Position numbers and translations under genes: made by a program. From assembly GCA_951406725.2 (NCBI GenBank), contig OX597829.1, forward strand, positions 40,052,001-40,116,000: a stretch of 64,000 nt of DNA, given 5' to 3'. Of the stretch, positions 1 through 12,613 are shown one piece after another. The DNA is from Octopus vulgaris (taxonomy: Eukaryota). Under the pieces are notes generated by a model that saw only the letters and a program-made list of their open reading frames with translations, ran no database searches and was not told the origin of the DNA. Numbering within the stretch: position 1 is the first letter of the stretch; each line of letters starts with the position of its first letter.

Positions 1-274
1 TTATGAAGTATTTTGGCAAATCATTACATCAAATTAGTTAATTCTATAGTAATTAATATAGTTCTTGTGATTTTTGGTTTCCAATATTGTGCATTCCTCT
101 AGGGTAACCCAGCCCTCTGCTGGTGTTTCTCCTGCAAGTGATGACTTGCAGCACATTAACCATTTAGTGTTTAAACCGGCTGTATCTGGCCCAAATATTC
201 CACCCATTTTATGCTCAAACTGGCCTGACCATCATCTCACACCTATCCTGCAATGTCATTCTAAAAATAAATAA

Positions 275-686
275 AGCGCAGGAGTGGCTGTGTGGTAAGT
301 AACTTGCTAACCAAACACATGGTTCCGGGTTCAGTCCCACTGCGTGGAATCTTGGGCAAGTGTCTTCTGCTATAGCCCCAGGCCGACCAATGCCTTGTGA
401 GTGGATTTGGTAGACAGAAACTGAAAGAAGCCTGTCGGATATATGTATATATATATATGTGTATGTGTGTGTGTGTTTGTGTGTGTGTGTTTGTCCCCCT
501 AGCATTGCTTGACAACCGATGCTTGTGTGTTTACGTCCCCGTCACTTAGCGGTTCGGCAAAAGAGACTGATAGAATAAGTACTGGGCTTACAAAGAATAA
601 GTCCCGGGGTCGATTTGCTCGACTAAAAAGTGGTGCTCCAGCATGGCCACAGTCAAATGACTGAAACAAGTAAAAGAGTAAAAGAG
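275..686 (+). mobile_element. tRNA-derived SINE family A, full-length copy
   Basis: Head GGAGTGGCTGTGTGGTAAG...GGTTCAGTCCC (A/B-box-like), CORE-like CTTGGGCAAGTG, internal (TA)/(TG) tract, (GTAAAAGA)n tail; about 19 copies or fragments in the window. Confidence 0.9.
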
Positions 687-979
687 AATTGCATCTTTCG
701 AATCTTGAAGTTACAAGATAATACCAGATTAATTTTTTAAAAATATGAATGAATAAGGATTACTGTTGACATATTAATTTTGAATGCTGAAGCTTAAGAA
801 GTTACCTTCCCACAGACCTTCCTAGTTTAGTTCCACAATGTGGAACCAGGACATGTGTCTTCCACTGTAGCTCTAGGTCAACCAAGGGGTTTTGAGTGGA
901 TATGGAAAACAGAAACTGAATAAAGCTCAATGCATATATGTGTGTGTGTGTGCACACACCCCATACACAGATATACGCA

Positions 980-1054
980 CACATACATACATACATACAT
1001 GCATGCATACATGCATACATACATACACACACATCCATACATACATACATACAT

Positions 1055-1085
<31 letters not shown>

Positions 1086-1349
1086 TACATACATACATAC
1101 ATGCATACATACACACACACATACATACATACATACATACATACATACATACATACATACATACATACACACACACACATATATACATACATGCATACAT
1201 ACATACATGCATGCATGCATGCATCCATGCATACATACATACACACATACATACATATATACATACATACATACAAACATACATACATACACACACACAT
1301 ACAAACATACATACATACACACACATACATACATACATACAAACATACA

Positions 1350-1378
<29 letters not shown>
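980..1378. repeat. (TACA)n/(CA)n microsatellite
   Basis: Direct reading. Confidence 0.95.
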
Positions 1379-1380
<2 letters not shown>

Positions 1381-1646
1381 TATTGTATTTAGGAATGGTT
1401 ATTTTGCCAGTTTAGCCAATAAAAACACACACACTATATATTTGGTGTTATTTTGCTTCAGAGTTATTTAATCTTAATCTTATTTCGGCCAGAGTTCTTT
1501 CGTTACACTCCTGTGACCGCATCAGCGGTCCTTTGTAAGATTAACGTAAAAAATAAATAACGCTGAAGCAAAGTAACGCCAAATATATAGTGCGTGGGTT
1601 TTTATTGGCTAAACTGGCAAAATGACCATTCCTAAATACAACAATA
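1378..1646. repeat. Inverted repeat (~1378-1470 / ~1555-1646) around a truncated hammerhead-like motif on the minus strand
   Basis: TTGTATTTAGGAATGG... versus ...CCATTCCTAAATACAA; minus 1483-1530 reads CTGATGC GGTCA...TGGCC GAAA. Confidence 0.7.
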
Positions 1647-2248
1647 TGTTAATATCGTATTTTTCAACAGAAAAAAATAAATCCACAAAGGCACCCACAA
1701 GCTCATAGGGAAGCTTAATCCCATTTCACCCCCTTAAGCATAACCAGCAATGTAATAAGAACCCTCACAATCATACCAAATGCTTAGCCTCATTGCTAAA
1801 AGCATATCCTTAACATAACTAGCCACACCATCTCAAAGACTGTCTCCTCTTCAGCACCAAAATATACTTCAACTCCTAGTTTTCATTGATACTGTCCAAA
1901 GATTGGGTACAGTTCTTCACAATAGAATCATCATTGTTTTAATGTACACTCTTCCATGCTTGCATGGTTTAGACAGAATTTGTTGAGACAGATTTTTCTG
2001 TGAGTAGATGCTCTTCCAGTCGCTAACCCTCGCCTGTTTCCTGGCAAAGTAATAATAGTTCCCTGTCACCAAACATGTTCCCTTGGAAGACTGAAAATGA
2101 AGGATATTTGCCTGTAAGACAGTAACATTCATTTATAACTATCACACTATGTCAGGGCAAAAGGACAGTAACACACACATACATGTGTGCGTGTGTGTAT
2201 GCAGTTGTGCTTGTTTGTGTGTGTGTGTGCAGGCATGCGTGCATTTGT

Positions 2249-2299
<51 letters not shown>

Positions 2300-2723
2300 T
2301 GTGTGTGTGCGTGTGTGAGGTCGTCTTTTTACAGCTTTTGTTCACTAAATCCACTCACAAGGCTTTGGTTGGCCCAAGGCTATTGCAGAAAACACCTGCC
2401 CAAGGTGCCACACAGTGGGACTGAACCTGAAACCATGTGGTTGGGAAGCAAACCTGTTAGCACACAGCCATTCCTGCGAGCTATAATGTTCTAAACTTTT
2501 GGAGTAGTGCCCTCTGCATCCTACACAGCCACCCTTCACCACTTCCAGAAAAAGAAAACAACCGATTCACAGAAAGACACTCACAGAAATTCTCCATCCT
2601 CAAGCCCACGGAGATGCTGCCTCTTGAATTCCCTGGGGTCTCCTGCCACCTCTCCCCAGACATTCTTGAATTACTCAACTTTCTCTGTCCAATTTCGATT
2701 TCTTCCATAGTCCCTCTGCTAAT

Positions 2724-2950
2724 CTATTTCTCTACTACCCACAAGGGGCTAAACACAGAGGGGACAAACAAGGACAGACAAACGGATTAAGTCGATTACA
2801 ATGAACCCAGTGTGAAACTGGTACTTTATTTATCGACCCCGAAAGGATGAAAGGCAAAGTCGACCTCAGTGGAATTTGAACTCAGAACGTAGCAGCAGAC
2901 GAAATACTGCTAAGCATTTCGCCTGGCATGCTAACAATTCTGCCAGCTCG
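2724..2950 (-). mobile_element. SINE family B
   Basis: Reverse complement of GAGCTGGCAGAA...GAGTTCAAATTCC...GCCTTTCATCCTTTCGGGGTCGATAAA...GTAGTAGAGAAATA; homologous to 21011, 21661, 54537, 54785. Confidence 0.85.
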
Positions 2951-3534
2951 CATGCAAATCTATTCATTAAACACATAAAGAGAAGTGGGCAATACAATGT
3001 GTGTGTGTGTGTGGTGGGGGTTGTCTGCCTGTCTGTCTTTCTCTCCTTCTGCCTGTATGTGAGGACCCCTGACAGCTTACCCTGCAGTTCTGTCATGCAG
3101 TTGTCAGTCAGTGACAAAGAATCAACTAAGATTGTTTAAAATTAACAGTGGGCTTTGTTGATTTTCTTTTAGAAAGTCCTTTTGTTTATATTGAAATATT
3201 TCAAAACATTTTTATCTTTCACAAAAAAAAAAAAAAATGTGGTAGAATGCATTCTAAAACCTTTCCAGTTGTTGTGAATTTGATATTCCATTTTGATAAT
3301 TAATTATCATTATTTGACATAATTACTCACAGGTGGTTGGCTTGGATTCATAAAAAGACTTGTAGTCGGCAAGCATGACACAGTAAATCAAAATTAGAGT
3401 TTGATTGAGAAGCAACATTTACATATACATAATAAATTGTGTGTATGTGTGTGCATGCGTTTGTGTGTGCATACACACACACACATACATGCAAACATAC
3501 ATACATGCATAAATACATATATATACATACATAC

Positions 3535-3760
3535 GTATCATTAACTAACTGTTACTTTCTCAGATGCAGTACGGAATTTTTTCTGTGAACAGGTTGCAGT
3601 TTCAAAGCAATGAAAACATTTTGAGAAATTAAATTCAAATGTTGAAGTGAATCTAATGGTGTCTTAAAATGGCTTATAAACACCTTCCATGCTGCAATTG
3701 CTTTTGATTCAGCACATGATCTCAGATAAAGTCACTTGCTATGCAAGTACACCTCCGTAA
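3535..3760 (+). mobile_element. Short pLTR-like repeat with G3:C8 hammerhead-like motif (homolog of 6763-6966)
   Basis: Shares GTGAACAGG, ATGGCTTATAAACACCTTCCA and GATCTCAGAT with 6763-6966; ends at (TA)n. Confidence 0.7.
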
Positions 3761-3779
3761 TATATATATATATATATCT

Positions 3780-4258
3780 ATCCCAGCAATCCAAAGTACC
3801 TGGATCGCATAACTGCCTGCTGTGCTTACCTTGGATCGTAGGGTGACCTGCTGTGCTTGAGGAGACCTATTGAGTCAAGTACATCAACATCAAAATAAAA
3901 ACCAAATGGAAATTGTAGTTGTGATACCTGTGCCGGTGGCACGTAAAAAGCACCATCTGAACGTGGCCTATGCCAGTGCCACCTTGACTGGCTTCTGTGC
4001 CAGTGGCACATAAAAAGCACCAACTGATCATGTCCACTGCCAGCCTCGCCTGGCACCTGTGCCGGTGGCACGTAAAAAGCACCCACTACACTCATGGAGT
4101 GGTTGGCATTAGGAAGGGCATCCAGCTGTAGAAACACTGCCAGATCAGGCCGGAGCCTGGTACAACCTCCTGGCTTCCCAGACCCCGGTCGAACCATCCA
4201 ACCCATGCTAGCATGGAAAACGGACGTTAAACAATCATGATGATGATGATGATGATGA
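3780..4258 (+). mobile_element. 5'-truncated LINE 3' tail with GCCGGTGGCACGTAAAAAGCACC repeats and (GAT)n end
   Basis: Same 3' end as the RT-encoding element at 37690-39875. Confidence 0.8.
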
Positions 4259-4705
4259 TATATATATGTAATATTTTGGGCTAATGAATATATGTTGATT
4301 AGTGTGCTGATGTGTTGAGTAAAGCACTGGTACAGTTTGGGCTACCTAGTGTTATCCGCAGTTGTGTATATTTCCGGTGGATATACTTCAGGAATTCCAC
4401 AGTGTTAGTTGAGAAAATAATAATTGATTAAGTAAATAGGAGATGGATTTGGTATTGGTTTTTTTTTTTTTTGTAAGGCATTCATTTTGACCTATTTACT
4501 ATTGTCCCTCATGGGTGGGGGATTCCATACATTATGTTGTGTTGCCTCATTTTTGCAGTCTGGGTCACATCAGGTACATTCATACGTAAAGCAGTATCTC
4601 CCTAAAGATTTTGAGTTTGGGCGATCGTGCTGTTATTTGCTCACTCAAGTTAGAGAATGAAGCATTGCTACAATTGGCATTATTATTTAACGTTCATAAG
4701 AAAAA

Positions 4706-6538
4706 TAAGTGTTCCAGAATTAAGGCAACCAACTTTTATCAATTTTGCCAAAGCAAAATATTGTTATATTTCAGGTCTGAGCATTGAAGTGCAATGGTAA
4801 AGGAAACACAACCACATTTATGGATACTATCACATTTATTTGATATGACCACCTCTGTTTCAAACCTCAGACTTAAGTCTTGGTATGAATACTTTACATG
4901 TGGCATGCAGCTGTTCTTGTGGAATTGAAGCCCATTCCTGGTGCAGTTTTGCCTTCAGAGGGTTGAGCAAAGCATGAGGAGTGCTTGAGACCCTCATCTT
5001 GAAAATAGACCAAACAAAAAAAATCTAACAATTTGAGATCGGGGCTTCTTGCGGGCCATACATCCTTGCCTATGAAAGACGGAATGTTTTTCTGAATCCA
5101 GTGTTGTGTTTGTTTGGCGCTATGGGAAGGTACCAAGTCCTGTTGGAGGCTCCAAGGTGTGCCTTTAAAGTGCTCACTCACCTATGGTTCAGCTTACAGA
5201 ATGTCGCTAATGTATTGCTTGGTATTAATTTTAACACCCATCATCATCATCATCGTTTAACATCCGCTTTCCATGCTACCATGGGTTGGACGATTTTGAC
5301 TGAGGGCTGGTGAACCAGATGGCTGCACCAGGCTCCAATCTTGATCTGGCAGAGTTTCTACAGCTGGATGCCCTTCCTAATGCCAACCACTCCAAGAGTG
5401 TAGTGGGTGCTTTTTGCATGCCACCGGCATGGGAGCAGTCAGGCGGTACTCGCAATGACCTCACTCGAATCTTTTACACATGCCACTGGCACAGGTGCCA
5501 GTAAGGCGATGCTGGTAACAATTACGCTTGAATGGTGTCTTTTATGTGCCACCGGCACGGAGGCCAGATAGCCGCTCTGGCAATGATCATGCTCGGATGG
5601 TGCTCTTGGTACCCTACTAGCATGGGCACAAGTGCCAGTAAGGCGACGCTGGTAATGATCACGCTCGAATGGTGCCTTTTAAGTGCCACTGGCATGGAAG
5701 CCGGTTAGCTGCTCTGTCAATGATTACACTCGTACGGTGCTCTTTGCACCCCACTAGCACGGATGCCAGTCATCAAATTTGATTTTGATGCCACAAAAAT
5801 GAGGGGAGAACTTCCAGTAGATATCACAGTTGCCCAAACCATAACTGACTGTAGATTTTGCTGTCTGTTTACAAGTTTAACATCAACAAAACCAGATACA
5901 CTTCAAAGTCAGTCATTCTGGTGGTTTATTGTCTGTTTCATGTCAAATTACTTTTTATCATTGAACACCAGGTTGGGCATCATACCTTCAGCAATTTGAC
6001 ACAGGATAAGACGACTTCCCTCCATCTTCATGGCCTTATAAACTTGCATGAGCTCATGACAGCAGATCATTTTATATGGTTGGTCCTGAAATCCTCCTTC
6101 CTCACTCAATAAATTTATGTTTGCCTTATTTTTGCTGTGGCAGCCAGCTTTCTGATGGAATAATGAGTATTTCATTATGTCTTTTCTCTGGTACTTTTGA
6201 TAAACTAAGGGCTCCTCACACATTTTTTTTTTTCAGCCACATCCAGATCAATCAGTGGTAGAACCAGTCTCTTGAAATTTCTTGACAATTTTCCAGACTG
6301 TTCAGTTAATTTTAAGCTTTTTTGGTAAAGCTATATTACCTTCACCTCCTTTGTTGAGGGTTATGATTGTATTTCAGTCCATAGCCATTATCCAATTTAT
6401 AAATCTGAATTTATTTAGTCCGAAACAAAAAGAAGACTAAGTAAGCTTTTATAATGATGAAAAATTTTCATATCTTATTACATTTATCGATAGTTATTAA
6501 AGCCCAAAACTTCAGATGCCTTAATTTTAGGATCCCCT
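4706..6538 (-). mobile_element. Degenerate Tc1/mariner-superfamily transposon, DD37D (maT-like), split by a LINE tail
   Basis: ORF 4894-5181 has LQQD...WPARSPDLKLLD with 37 residues between the Ds; VFNDKK/NHQND-like motif near 5910-5970; weak TIRs sharing AATTAAGGCA. Confidence 0.7.
5240..5790 (-). mobile_element. 5'-truncated LINE 3' tail inserted in the DD37D transposase
   Basis: (CAT)n then CGTTTAACATCCGCTTTCCATGC and GGATGCCCTTCCTAA; matches 39420-39875. Confidence 0.85.
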
Positions 6539-6551
6539 ATATATACATACC

Positions 6552-6627
<76 letters not shown>

Positions 6628-6630
<3 letters not shown>

Positions 6631-6962
6631 TGCAGCGTGGAAGGTGTTTATAAGCCATTTAAGAAACACACAAAAGCCGTTCGATTCACTCCAACATTTA
6701 AGTTTAATTTGTCAAAATATTTTCGTCGCTAAAATCCGCGACCTGTTCACTGACAAAGTCCGAGATGCAGCACGGACTTTGTCAGTGAACAGGTCGTGGA
6801 TTTTAGCGACGAAAATATTTTGACAAATTAAACTTAAATGTTGGAGTGAATCGAACGGCTTTTGTGTGTTTCTTAAATGGCTTATAAACACCTTCCACGC
6901 TGCAATTGTTTTCGTTTCAGCACACGATCTCAGATCAAATTACTTGCTATGTGAGTACATCT

Positions 6963-6966
<4 letters not shown>
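6628..6966. mobile_element. Near-perfect ~135-bp-arm palindrome of a pLTR-like element, one hammerhead per arm, flanked by (TA)n
   Basis: Arms 6628-6762 and 6773-6907 with a 10-nt spacer. Confidence 0.85.
6778..6827 (+). ncRNA. Candidate type-I hammerhead ribozyme, G3:C8 core (mirror copy 6708-6757, minus)
   Basis: Stem I TTTGTCA/TGACAAA, core GTGAACA, extra G, stem II GTCGT/GCGAC, GAAA, palindromic ATAT stem III, UUU triplet. Confidence 0.6.
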
Positions 6967-7047
<81 letters not shown>

Positions 7048-7657
7048 CATATATATACATACATATACACACACACACACACACACACATATACATATAT
7101 ACATATATGTATAAATATAAATATGTATAGATATAAGTTTATATATAAATCATGGTTTATAATCATTCAAAAGAAAGTAAGAAAATGGAGATATAACATT
7201 TAATAAAAATTTATCTGCAAAACTCAACCATAGTCCCTTACAGCTGTTTCATTTAAGCTTAATAGGTTAAATAGCAATTATTCAAATCATTATATAAGGC
7301 AAAACCTGGAGCATTGTGAGGGTAAAGTCCTCAGGTAATCCTCCATAGGGTCTTATCAGAAGCAACCATAATTAGACTTTCCAGATGGATTCCCAAAGGT
7401 GTTCAACTGAGACTACAGATATTATTCAACTATCTTATAGATGCAGGCATGGATGTGTGATAAGAAGCTTACTTTCCAAAACACATGGATCTAGGTTCAG
7501 TTCCATGGCATGGCACCTTGGGCTAGTGTCTTTTACTATAGCCTCGAGCTAACCAAAGCTTTGTGAGTGGATTTGGTAGATAGAGACTGAAAGAAACTCG
7601 TCGTATACATATAAATACATATATCAAATAAAATCAAAAACAGAACACAAAGGATAT

Positions 7658-7749
7658 CACGGTACACGTCTTTCAAGCTTTATAAACAATCCGTTCTTAC
7701 ATCAGTGTATAATTGATATAAAAGATGGTTTAAAGCTCTCTTCAGCCGC
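7658..7749 (-). ncRNA. Candidate hammerhead ribozyme, canonical core, slightly decayed stem III
   Basis: GCGG CTGAAGA GAGCTTT...AAAGCTT GAAA GACGTG TA CCGT. Confidence 0.6.
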
Positions 7750-7950
7750 AAACATTGTTATTCCAAAGAGTTACATCACACTATAAAAAATATGAAAAGT
7801 ACATGTAGTATTACTCATTATAATAGGTATACCATATCTCCTTGAAAAAGTATATTTGTAAAATTTCATAACTGTATAACTATATAAAGATTCATTGGAT
7901 TTCGAAAATTTGTCCATACTGTATCACCAGTCAACATATATATATATATA

Positions 7951-9462
7951 CAGCCTTGGCCAAAAGTATTAGGCCACCCCAATGTTTTGGGGTTCTGCTA
8001 TCTCAATGTTAATGAAACTCGTGCACATGGTAGATTATGGCATATTTCACAATATACATTAGTTTTAATATCTTGTTGACCCTCCTTAAGCATCAATTAC
8101 CACTTTTGTACTGTACTGTACATATGCAACAAATTATGAGTAAGACCAACGTCCAAAATTAACTTATGTTTCCTTGATTATTTCAGAGTTTTATGCTAAA
8201 ATACATTGTAGATACAGTTTAATAAACAGAAAAATGCCTAAAACAAGGGAGTTGAGTTGAGTGTGAGAGAGGTCAAATCATAGCTCATCAAGAAGATAGA
8301 ATGTCACAAAGGCAAATTGCTCAGAAGATGAAATGTTCTCGATGTGCAGTGCAAACGACTCTCGAGTACTTCAGAGAGACAAAAAATGAGAAGAGAATGC
8401 AAAGAACAGGTAGAAAAATGGTTACATCACCTTGTGATGATAGATCCATCATCTGTCAGTTGCTCAGAAACAGGAGAAAAACATTGTCGGCGCTCAGTAC
8501 AGACTTCAACAAGGCAAATACTTCACAAATATCAACCAGAATTGTTAGAAGAAGGCTTGTAGAGTATGGTCAGAAAGGCTGTAAAGCTATGGGTTTCTGA
8601 AGCGAATATGGAAAAACGTCTTCTGTGGGCCAAAAACCACTCAAATTGGACCAGTAATGGTCAACAGTCATATGATCTGATGAAAGTAACTACGAGGTAA
8701 GATAGTACATGTATTCAATCAACATATAAACTTAATGTAACTGGTTACATATAAAAAAGTATCCAGCATAAAGCTAATATTAGTTTGCAGGTTTTTGGTA
8801 CATCTGTTGCAACTTTCATGCGTTGCAGACTTGAGGAAGCATTTAAGGCTGAATGTCTGGTACCAACCGTAAAACATTGGGTTGGTTCCATCAATGTTGT
8901 TGGCCTGCATGTCTGCCACAGGATCTGGAAAAATGTTTTTATGTCAGGGAAGGATAAATTCAGCTACCTATGCTTCTATGTTATCAGATGTTTTAGAGCC
9001 ATCAATTGCTAAATTGCATTCAGGAGGGTCAAAAAAAGTGTTATCTTTCAACAGGACAATGTTCCATGTCATACAGCAAAGAATACTCATCAATGGTTTG
9101 AGACACAGGGTATTGTTCCCATGGACTGACCAGTTCAAAGTTCCGATCTAAATTCGCTTGAACAACTATGGGGAACTTTTGGTGAAGCTATCAGGAAAAC
9201 ACTAATTAAAAATAAAGAGCATTTGCACCAAAAGTTGAGAGAAGAATGGAGAAAAATTGATCCTAGCACCTGCAAGAAACAAGTTGATTCAATACCTAAC
9301 CATATAAAAGCAGTAATTGATACTAAAGGAGGGTCAGCCAGATATTAAAACTATTGTATATTGTGGAATATATCATAATCTACCATGTGCACGAATTTCA
9401 TTAACATGGAGATAGCAGAACCCCAAAACATTAGGGTGGCCTAAAACTTTTGGCCAAGGCTG
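7951..9462 (+). mobile_element. Full-length Tc1-like DNA transposon (DD34E), inactivated
   Basis: TA flanks; ~160-bp TIRs CAGCCTTGGCCAAAAG...CTTTTGGCCAAGGCTG. Confidence 0.95.
8234..9348 (+). pseudogene. Tc1 transposase pseudogene with a 94-bp intron (8697-8790)
   Basis: MPKTREL start, SQRQIAQKMKCSRCAV HTH, SDESNYE|VFG, PTVKH, FQQDN-(34)-DLNSLE, GGSARY stop; frameshifts and stops. Confidence 0.9.
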
Positions 9463-9474
9463 TATATATTGTAT

Positions 9475-9620
9475 CAGGACAATTACACCGACGACAACTA
9501 CCTGCTAGAGCAATTACCCCCTCTCCAATATATCAAGAAGATTTAAATCATCATCTGTTGTCCTCAGGGCTAATTATCGTTGGGCGGGGGTTATTGTCCA
9601 ATAGGGGTAAATGTCCTAGA
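9475..9620. repeat. Small MITE-like inverted-repeat element
   Basis: AGGACAATTACACC... versus ...GGGGTAAATGTCCT. Confidence 0.45.
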
Positions 9621-9623
9621 CTC

Positions 9624-9657
<34 letters not shown>

Positions 9658-9677
9658 ATTTCATATATATATATATA

Positions 9678-9978
9678 CTAGCAGTATCGCCCGGCGTTGC
9701 TCGGGTTTGTAAGGGAAATAACTATATAAGCATTTTTAGAGAGTTACTTCCCTTATATAATAGCAAAAAATGCATTAAAAATGGAAAAAAATGATGGTAA
9801 ATTTTTTTTTAAATCGTAGACTCATCGTAGACGCGTGCTAATACCCAGAAGGGCTCGATATGAATCACGACTATAAGATACCCGCTTTTGGTTAAACTGC
9901 ACCTCAAAATGTGGGGGTTGTTAGGAATCTAAATCGTAGGAGACAGACACCACACAACTTCTCTTTTATATATATAGA
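9678..9978 (-). mobile_element. Non-autonomous Helitron
   Basis: Minus strand: A|TC 5' end; 3' hairpin CCCGAGCAACGCCGGG then CTAG|T; copies at 56697 and 63504. Confidence 0.8.
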
Positions 9979-10078
9979 TATATATATATATGTATGTATA
10001 TATATGTGTTTGATCACAGCACCAGTAACAGTTAAGCTTCGTGCAATGGCCATACACGATAATGAGGGGGCAGCCATC

Positions 10079-10152
<74 letters not shown>

Positions 10153-11086
10153 GGAGTATAACTCCAAACTTACAGGGAAAAATTCAATTTAGTATTAAGT
10201 TTAATTATATTTATCATTCATTTTATTCCTTTTGGAAAAAAAAAATTAATTATCATATATAATACTTGTTATTTATGTATTGGTTTATGTCTATCACTGT
10301 TTAAGTTGAATAATAGTGGTTTTATCTCTAATTTATATTTTATATATATATATATGTGTGTGTATTTGTGTTTGTGTTTGTCTCCCACTTTCAACTAGTG
10401 CTGGTGTATTTATGTCCCTGTAACTTAATGGTTTGGCAAAAGAGACCAATAGAATAAATACCAGGCTTAAAAAAGGGTAAGTACTAGAATTAATTCATTC
10501 AACTAAAATTCTTCATGGTATTGCCCCAGTATGGCCACAGTCAAATGACTGAAAGAAGTAAAAAAAAAAAGCTAAAAATAAAAGATCTCATTTTTCAGTC
10601 TATCCTTGGACCTCTTGCCAATTAGCTTGGCTTGGCTTGAAGAATCCACTTTTGTGGTTCTTTCCTGTGACATTCCAACCACATTTCTTTTCTACTGGAG
10701 TTGTGACTCCTCAAAGTGAAGAAACAGAAGCTGATCCTTGAGCCATGCACCCTTGTCAAGTAACATTACCACAGGAATCCTTCAGAGGAACCGCAAATTA
10801 GTTTTAAAATATATTTTTCCCCTTTACAAAATATATAACTTTAACCTAAATAACCTTACATGGTTTGGTTGTTCTAAGATTACAACTTTAGATAAATTAT
10901 TTATGTTGTAAATGTGCTTAACTCAACATAAATCAACACTTCTGCTTGTTGTTACAAAAATAAAAAATAAAACCCCCCTTAGACTTTTTTGTAAGTTTTG
11001 CATTTAACATCAAGGAGACAATTTATGATGTATGATCAGACGCAATTTCAGTCCTTGAAAACCAGTGTAAATATTTTTGTAAAGCT

Positions 11087-11465
11087 CTCTTTTACTATTT
11101 ACTCTTTTACTTGTTTCAGTCATTTGACTGCGGCCATGCTGGAGCACCACCTTTAGTCGAGAAAATCGACCCCGGGACTTATTCTTTTGCCGAACCGCTA
11201 AGTGACGGGGACATAAACACACCAGCATCGGTTGTCAAGCAATGCTAGGGGGACAAACACAGACACACAAACGCATATATATATACACATATATACATAT
11301 ATATGACAGGCTTCTTTCAGTTTCCGTCTACCAAATCCACTCACAAGGCATTGGTCGGCCCGGGGCTATAGCAGAAGACACTTGCCCAAGATGCCACGCA
11401 GTGGGACTGAACCCGCAACCATATGGTTGGTTAGCAAGCTACTTACCACACAGCCACTCCTGCAC
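11087..11465 (-). mobile_element. SINE family A
   Basis: Reverse-complement match to 275-686. Confidence 0.9.
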
Positions 11466-11689
11466 CTATTTACAATTCAACATTTCTGATTGTTATTAAA
11501 TAAAAACTTCTTTAGTTTCATATTTCAGTATTTAAGAAAAGAAAAATTATTGTCTGTCAAAGAACATGTGCAATTGATACCTTTTTTATTACCTGTAAAC
11601 CAATATAAAGGTGTATTTATAATTATTTAAAAAAAATATCTTTTTTTCTTTTTATGTCTTAGTATTAGCTGCATGATATAAACTTTCAC

Positions 11690-11933
11690 AGCAGTAGCAG
11701 CATCAGTAGTTGTGGCAGCTGCGGTGGTCCTAGTAGCAGTGGTGGTGATTGTGGTGGGGAATGTGTTGGTGGTGGCGATGGTGACTGTGGCAGCAGTATC
11801 AATAACAGCAGCAGCAGCAGTAGTAGTAGTAGTAATAGTAGTAGTAGTAGTTGTTATCATCATTGTCATCGTTATTGCTGTTGTCATTGTCATTGTCGTC
11901 TTAGTAGTAGTAGTGGTAGTAGTAGTAGTAGTG

Positions 11934-11998
<65 letters not shown>

Positions 11999-12205
11999 GA
12001 TGGTTGTAGTAGTAGTAGTAGTTGTTATCATCATTGTCATCGTTGTTGTTGTTGTCGTCTTAGTAGTAGTAGTGGTAGTAGTAGTAGTAGTGGTGGTAGT
12101 AGTAGTAGTGGTAGTGGTAGTAGTAGTGGTAGTGATCGCCGTTGTCGTCATCATCATTTTTGTAGTAGTAGTAGTAGTGGTGGTGGTGGTGGTGGTAGTG
12201 GTGGT
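11690..12205. repeat. (GTA)n/(GTG)n/(GTT)n trinucleotide tract
   Basis: Direct reading. Confidence 0.95.
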
Positions 12206-12613
12206 ATTTTTGGGCATATTGTAAGCTCTGCGCTTCGCATATTATCATAACACGATGCAACAACAGAACAATTGTGGGAACGAGAATAAATCAATGAGGA
12301 ATCCAGATGCCACAGAACACGAACATGAACTGTAAGGTACCAAGAAATGGCAGTTTCAAGTTTCAGATTCTTGCTGCCAAGAAAATACTGGTAGAAACAG
12401 TTAACCCTTTTGGAAGAGAACGCCTGAGACTGTTCCTGATTCTATGAAACATGTTTAACCCTTTAAGCATTTAAACTGGCCGTATCCAGCTCGAATATTT
12501 TACCTGGGTTTTAATGTTCAAACTGGCCAGATCTGGCCTCTTGCACCTACACTACAATGTGATGCTAAGAATAAACAGTCACATCATTGACAATCTCAAA
12601 GCTACAAGAAAAT

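Noticed and set aside
3925-4090. Spaced GGTGGCACGTAAAAAGCACC repeats resembling a CRISPR array
   Set aside because: Degenerate units within a LINE 3' UTR, eukaryotic context, no cas genes.
10595-10790. Possible host exon
   Set aside because: Minus-strand translation (VVGMSQERTTK...GKRSKDR) looks like a decayed LINE C-terminus.
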